Shown: in pieces, positions 59,940 through 64,000 of the stretch
Position numbering within the stretch: the stretch's first letter is position 1
Layout of the letters: every line of letters starts with the position of its first letter
IMG/VR virus record: IMGVR_UViG_2541047879_000001
Strand: one strand, 5' to 3'
Length of the DNA stretch: 64,000 nt
Source: a virus
Taxonomy: Duplodnaviria; Heunggongvirae; Uroviricota; Caudoviricetes
Position numbers and translations under genes: made by a program
The notes under the pieces: model-generated
What the model saw: the letters and a program-made list of their open reading frames with translations, nothing else
The model's database searches: none
What the model was told of the DNA's origin: nothing

Positions 59940-60731
59940 ATGAGCGAGAAATTAAAGATAGTCTATCGCCCATTACAAGAATTGTCACCGTATGCGCACA
60001 ACGCCAGGACGCACAGCCCTGAGCAGGTGGCACAACTGGTAGAAAGTATTAAGCAATTCGGCTGGACTAATCCGGTGCTGATTGACGAAAAGGGCGAAAT
60101 TATTGCGGGTCACGGTCGTGTTATGGCGGCTGAAATGCTCAAAATGGATTCTGTTCCGGTCATTGTTCTGTCTGGCCTGACGGATGAGCAGAAAAAGGCG
60201 TACCGCCTGGCAGATAATCGCCTGCCGATGAATGCTGGCTGGGATGAAGATCTGTTGCGGATGGAGCTGTCGGACCTAATCAATGCTGATTTTGATGTCT
60301 CCCTGACAGGCTTCATCCCGACAGAAATTGATGAACTGTTGACGGATGTTTTGCCCGGTACAGGAAATGAGGAGGAGCCGTATACGACGAAAATTGATAC
60401 GCCTGTTTATGAGCCGTCGGGCGGTAAACCGGATATCAGTGAACTGTACGACGATACGAAAACTCAGGAGCTGATCAGCCGGATACGTTCGGCGTCCCTT
60501 GAGCCTGATATTGAGAAATTCCTCCTGTGTGCGGCAGAACGTCACACGGTGTTTAATTTCAGCAGAATTGCGGACTATTACGCTCACGCCCCCTCTGAAA
60601 TTCAGTGTTTTTTCGAGGAGTCGGCGCTGGTGATCATTGATTATCAGCAGGCTATTGAAAATGGATTTGTCCGGATGACGCAGCGCATGGTGGAGATCAT
60701 GCATGGTGGTGAGGAGGAGGAATATGCGTGA
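59940..60731 (+). CDS. ynaK: ParB-like nuclease domain protein (YnaK-like)
   Basis: N-terminal ParB/Srx-type motif (LIDEKGEIIAGHGRVMAA), acidic C-terminus. Confidence 0.6.
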   Translation: MSEKLKIVYRPLQELSPYAHNARTHSPEQVAQLVESIKQFGWTNPVLIDEKGEIIAGHGRVMAAEMLKMDSVPVIVLSGLTDEQKKAYRLADNRLPMNAGWDEDLLRMELSDLINADFDVSLTGFIPTEIDELLTDVLPGTGNEEEPYTTKIDTPVYEPSGGKPDISELYDDTKTQELISRIRSASLEPDIEKFLLCAAERHTVFNFSRIADYYAHAPSEIQCFFEESALVIIDYQQAIENGFVRMTQRMVEIMHGGEEEEYA

Positions 60732-61656
60732 TGATTTTTGCGCCTTTATTCTGACTCACGGGCGACCGGACAAAGTTCTGACTTACCGGACGTTGCGTCG
60801 TGCTGGCTATACCGGGAAAATTTTTATCGTTGTTGATGATGAAGATAAGACACGGAATCAGTACATGGCTGAATTTGGTGAACAGGTGCTGGTGTTTTCC
60901 AAAGCCGATATCGCCAGTCGTTTTGACGAAGCCGATAATTTCTGTGACCGCCGCTCAATTTTTTACGCCCGTAATGCCTGTTTCGACCTGGCAAAACTGG
61001 TCGGGTGTAAATACTTCATTCAGCTCGATGATGATTATCACGAGTTCCAGTTTCGGGTGGATCGCAACTATGACCAGGCCTATTTTCCGATAAGGAAACT
61101 GGATGCGATCCTTTCTGAAATGCTGGCGTACTACGAATCAATACCTGCTCTTTCCATCGCTATGTCGCAGGGCGGGGATTTTCTTGGTGACAATGGCGGC
61201 CATGCTTCGTGGGTGAAACGCAAGGCAATGAACAGCTTTATCTGTTCGGTTGATCGACCGTTCTCATTCATGGGGCGCATTAACGAGGATGTGAATACGT
61301 ACACGAATCTCGGTCGCTGTGGTGAATTGTTTATGACGATCGGTGCTGTCCAGTTAGGGCAGAAACAGACGCAGAAAAACAGCGGCGGAATGACCGAGCT
61401 GTATCTGGATTCCGGAACCTACGTTAAAAGTTTTTACTCCGTCATGTATGCGCCGTCGTGCGTAAAAATCTCACTGATGGGTGCCAGCCATAAACGCATT
61501 CACCATCAGGTCACCTGGAACAACGCTGCAGTAAAAATCCTTCACGAAAAATACAGGAAGAAGACACCCTGCATATCAATGGGGGTGACAAATGATTCCG
61601 TATTCGAAAGTCGAGTCTCTGGCAGCGTGCCGGATGACTGCACAACAAATCGCTGA
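60724..61656 (+). CDS. Hypothetical protein (YdaY-like region), overlaps ynaK-like gene by 8 nt
   Basis: 310-aa product from MRDDFCAFILTHG...; function not recognised. Confidence 0.45.
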   Translation: MRDDFCAFILTHGRPDKVLTYRTLRRAGYTGKIFIVVDDEDKTRNQYMAEFGEQVLVFSKADIASRFDEADNFCDRRSIFYARNACFDLAKLVGCKYFIQLDDDYHEFQFRVDRNYDQAYFPIRKLDAILSEMLAYYESIPALSIAMSQGGDFLGDNGGHASWVKRKAMNSFICSVDRPFSFMGRINEDVNTYTNLGRCGELFMTIGAVQLGQKQTQKNSGGMTELYLDSGTYVKSFYSVMYAPSCVKISLMGASHKRIHHQVTWNNAAVKILHEKYRKKTPCISMGVTNDSVFESRVSGSVPDDCTTNR

Positions 61657-61843
61657 CGTTCTGGATGTTGATCTGAACCGACTGAAAGAAAATCGGGAAG
61701 CAATGACAGATTTTTATGCGGCCATCCGTAAGGGCAGAGCGAAAGGTGAAGCCGAGTTACGAGCGGCATTGTTTAAGCTTGCCAGAAAAGGGGATGCCTT
61801 TGCTCTGCGCGAACTACTCAGGGTGGATAAAAATCAGGACTAA
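61634..61843 (+). CDS. Small HTH protein upstream of terminase genes
   Basis: MTAQQIADVLDVDLNRL helix-turn-helix; start uncertain. Confidence 0.35.
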   Translation: MTAQQIADVLDVDLNRLKENREAMTDFYAAIRKGRAKGEAELRAALFKLARKGDAFALRELLRVDKNQD

Positions 61844-61846
61844 CTG

Positions 61847-62941
61847 ATGAGCAGACCGGACTGGGGGGCGTTGCAGCAGGAGTATATTGCTGAATACACC
61901 CGCTCCGGTATATCTCCGGTGGCATGGTGTGAAGCAAGGGGACTGAATTACGCAACAGCCCGTCGTTACATCAAAAAAACTCCGAAAAATGCGCAGACAG
62001 AAATGTGCAAAACTGCGCAAAAAAGTGCGCAGAAAAAATCTGCGCAGACTGCACAAAAGCGGAACGAAAAATCTCAGGAAAAAAAGCCAGTATTCGATGC
62101 GGGCCTGAATGAGGGCGACGCGGAGGAATTTTCGTTCTGTCCCGATGAATTCGGCATTTCTGACCAGCAGGCTAAGTTTGCGATGCTTGTTGCTCAGGGT
62201 AAAAAGCCGACAGAGGCGTACCGACTAGCCGGTTATGAGGGGCAAGGTGCGACAGCTAACAGCAACGCCAGTCGTATGCTTAGAAATGCCAGGGTTTTTC
62301 GCGCTATCAGCTACTTCCGCAATCAGTACCAGAAACGCTATACCGCAGACCTGGATTTACTAGTGAGTCAGTTGATGGCTATTGTCCTGGCCGACCCCAA
62401 TCAGCTTGCACAATTTCGCCGTGTTAACTGCCGTTATTGCTGGGGCGAGAATCATCTCTACCAGTGGCGCGATATAGCAGAATTCGACAAGGCAGCGGCG
62501 CAGGCTTCCAGAGATGGCAAACCCGAACCGGAATATGGAGGCCTCGGCTTTGTTGATAACGCCATACCCAATCCGGACTGCCCGAAGTGCTGCGGTGAGG
62601 GAACGGGACAGCTTTATATGGCTGATACCACTCTGCTTGATGGGGATGCGCGGCAATTATATGCAGGGGCAAAATTCGGAAAATTCGGCGTTGAGATCCT
62701 GCTGGAGGATAAGGCTGCCGCCCGGCGTGAATTGTTGCGTTTGTTTTCTGCTGGCGGGGCTTTATGTGCAGATAAACGGCTACAGGAACTGGAAATTGAA
62801 CGGCGCAGAATGGAAAACCAGAAGCTGCGCAAAGAGATCGAAACGGTGGAAGATAATGAACATCCCCAGCCTGTGGCGATCAATATTAATGTGGTTGATG
62901 CCAGAGTAAGGAGTGATGAAGATGATCTCTCCGACGCTTAA
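61847..62941 (+). CDS. Putative terminase small subunit
   Basis: 364-aa ORF with N-terminal HTH (GLNYATARRYIKK), directly upstream of and overlapping terminase large subunit. Confidence 0.5.
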   Translation: MSRPDWGALQQEYIAEYTRSGISPVAWCEARGLNYATARRYIKKTPKNAQTEMCKTAQKSAQKKSAQTAQKRNEKSQEKKPVFDAGLNEGDAEEFSFCPDEFGISDQQAKFAMLVAQGKKPTEAYRLAGYEGQGATANSNASRMLRNARVFRAISYFRNQYQKRYTADLDLLVSQLMAIVLADPNQLAQFRRVNCRYCWGENHLYQWRDIAEFDKAAAQASRDGKPEPEYGGLGFVDNAIPNPDCPKCCGEGTGQLYMADTTLLDGDARQLYAGAKFGKFGVEILLEDKAAARRELLRLFSAGGALCADKRLQELEIERRRMENQKLRKEIETVEDNEHPQPVAININVVDARVRSDEDDLSDA

Positions 62942-64000
62942 TGTGCCTCAGGCGCGATTTCTTTCAATGCCCCATAAATTTAAAGCCTATATTGCTGGTT
63001 TTGGCTCGGGCAAAACATGGGTTGGGTGTGGCGGCATATGCAAGGGGATTTGGGAGCATCCAGGTATAAATCAGGGATATTTTGCGCCAACGTATCCCCA
63101 AATTCGCGATATTTTTTACCCTACAGTGGAAGAAGTTGCTGCTGACTGGGGATTGAACGTAAAAATTAATGAGGGAAATAAAGAGGTTCACTTTTATTAC
63201 GGACGCCAGTATCGGGGAACCACTATCTGCAGATCGATGGAGAAGCCACAAACGATCGTCGGTTTCAAAATTGGTAATGCGTTGGTGGATGAACTGGACA
63301 TTTTGCCGAAGGAAAAAGCCAGAACGGCGTGGCGCAAGATAATTGCACGTATGCGTTATAAGATTGATGGACTTCGCAACGGTATTGACGTTACAACCAC
63401 GCCGGAAGGATTCAAATTTGTCTACGAGCAGTTTGTTAAAGCCGTGCGTGAAAAAACAGAGCTGGCCTCACTGTATGGTCTGGTGCAGGCATCTACTTTC
63501 GATAATGAAAAGAACCTGCCAGCAGATTACATTCCTTCGCTTCTTGAATCATACCCTCCAGAGCTGATTAAAGCCTATCTTCGAGGACAGTTTACTAACC
63601 TGACAAGTGGTACTGTTTACCATCAGTTTGACCGGAAACTGAATAATTGCGAAGAAGTGGAGCAGCCAGGGGAGCCGATTTATATTGGGATGGATTTTAA
63701 CGTTGGAAAGATGGCGGGAATCGTCCATGTGCTGCGTTTGGGGCTTCCATGTGCGGTAACTGAAATCATCAATGCCTACGATACGCCGGATATGATCCGC
63801 ATCATTAAAGAACGCTTCTGGCTGTATGATGGGAATGATTACCGGAAAGTGAGGGAAATTTATATTTATCCAGATGCTTCCGGGGATTCCAGAAAATCAA
63901 GTAACGCAAGTACGACGGATATAGCCCAGCTTAAGCAGGCTGGTTTTAACGTTGTGGTGAACAGCTCGAACCCGCCAGTAAAAGATCGCGTTAACTCAAT
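62922..64000 (+). CDS. Terminase large subunit, N-terminal part (3' end beyond window)
   Basis: Walker A AGFGSGKT, later IYIGMDFN and DASGDS acidic motifs; RBS taaggag; open to window end. Confidence 0.8.
   Translation, partial: MISPTLNVPQARFLSMPHKFKAYIAGFGSGKTWVGCGGICKGIWEHPGINQGYFAPTYPQIRDIFYPTVEEVAADWGLNVKINEGNKEVHFYYGRQYRGTTICRSMEKPQTIVGFKIGNALVDELDILPKEKARTAWRKIIARMRYKIDGLRNGIDVTTTPEGFKFVYEQFVKAVREKTELASLYGLVQASTFDNEKNLPADYIPSLLESYPPELIKAYLRGQFTNLTSGTVYHQFDRKLNNCEEVEQPGEPIYIGMDFNVGKMAGIVHVLRLGLPCAVTEIINAYDTPDMIRIIKERFWLYDGNDYRKVREIYIYPDASGDSRKSSNASTTDIAQLKQAGFNVVVNSSNPPVKDRVNS

Larger units (their letters stand above)
34690..64000 (+). mobile_element. Rac-like lambdoid prophage at the ttcA site (continues beyond window end)
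   Basis: int-xis-ydaC-ralR-recT-recE-racC-ydaE-kilR-sieB-ydaF-ydaG-racR-cro-ydaT-ydaU-ydaV ... Q-lysis-trkG-ynaK-terminase, colinear with the known E. coli Rac prophage. Confidence 0.85.

Noticed and set aside
1-64000. CRISPR arrays, tRNA/rRNA genes, IS elements
   Set aside because: No regularly spaced direct repeats, no tRNA-like cloverleaf candidates at the prophage junctions, and no transposase ORFs other than the MuA-like gene; the IS5 copy present in K-12 Rac is not seen here.

Overview
This window reads as Escherichia coli-type chromosome carrying two adjacent prophages separated by only about 640 bp of host DNA. (1) Positions 1-33112: a Mu-like transposable prophage, inverted relative to the window, with all genes on the minus strand except the c-type repressor. 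Its late/tail end runs off the window start; its repressor end (terminal ...GGTTACA, i.e. 5'-TG on the phage strand) sits inside the host RNA helicase gene dbpA, whose 3' fragment resumes at 33113. (2) Positions 33113-34684: dbpA 3' remnant, REP elements and ttcA. (3) Positions ~34690-64000: a Rac-like lambdoid prophage at the ttcA site, running from integrase through the RecET/KilR/SieB early region, repressor/Cro switch, replication genes, an AT-rich accessory island (46.5-52.9 kb), nin-region remnants and Q, two TolA-domain lipoprotein morons, a phage-21-type lysis cassette, trkG, and the start of the packaging module. The accessory island is the most interesting part: it holds a Dgt-family dGTPase (a known anti-phage family), an uncharacterised 297-aa protein convergent with a ComEC-type metallo-beta-lactamase-fold hydrolase, a zinc-ribbon/DUF4145-like protein, and a hok/sok-type toxin locus. 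I could not assign the unknown pair to any named defence system from memory, so it is the best candidate for an undescribed system here. No rRNA, tRNA, CRISPR array or IS element was recognised. All family assignments are by motif recognition and recall of homologues; no database search was run.
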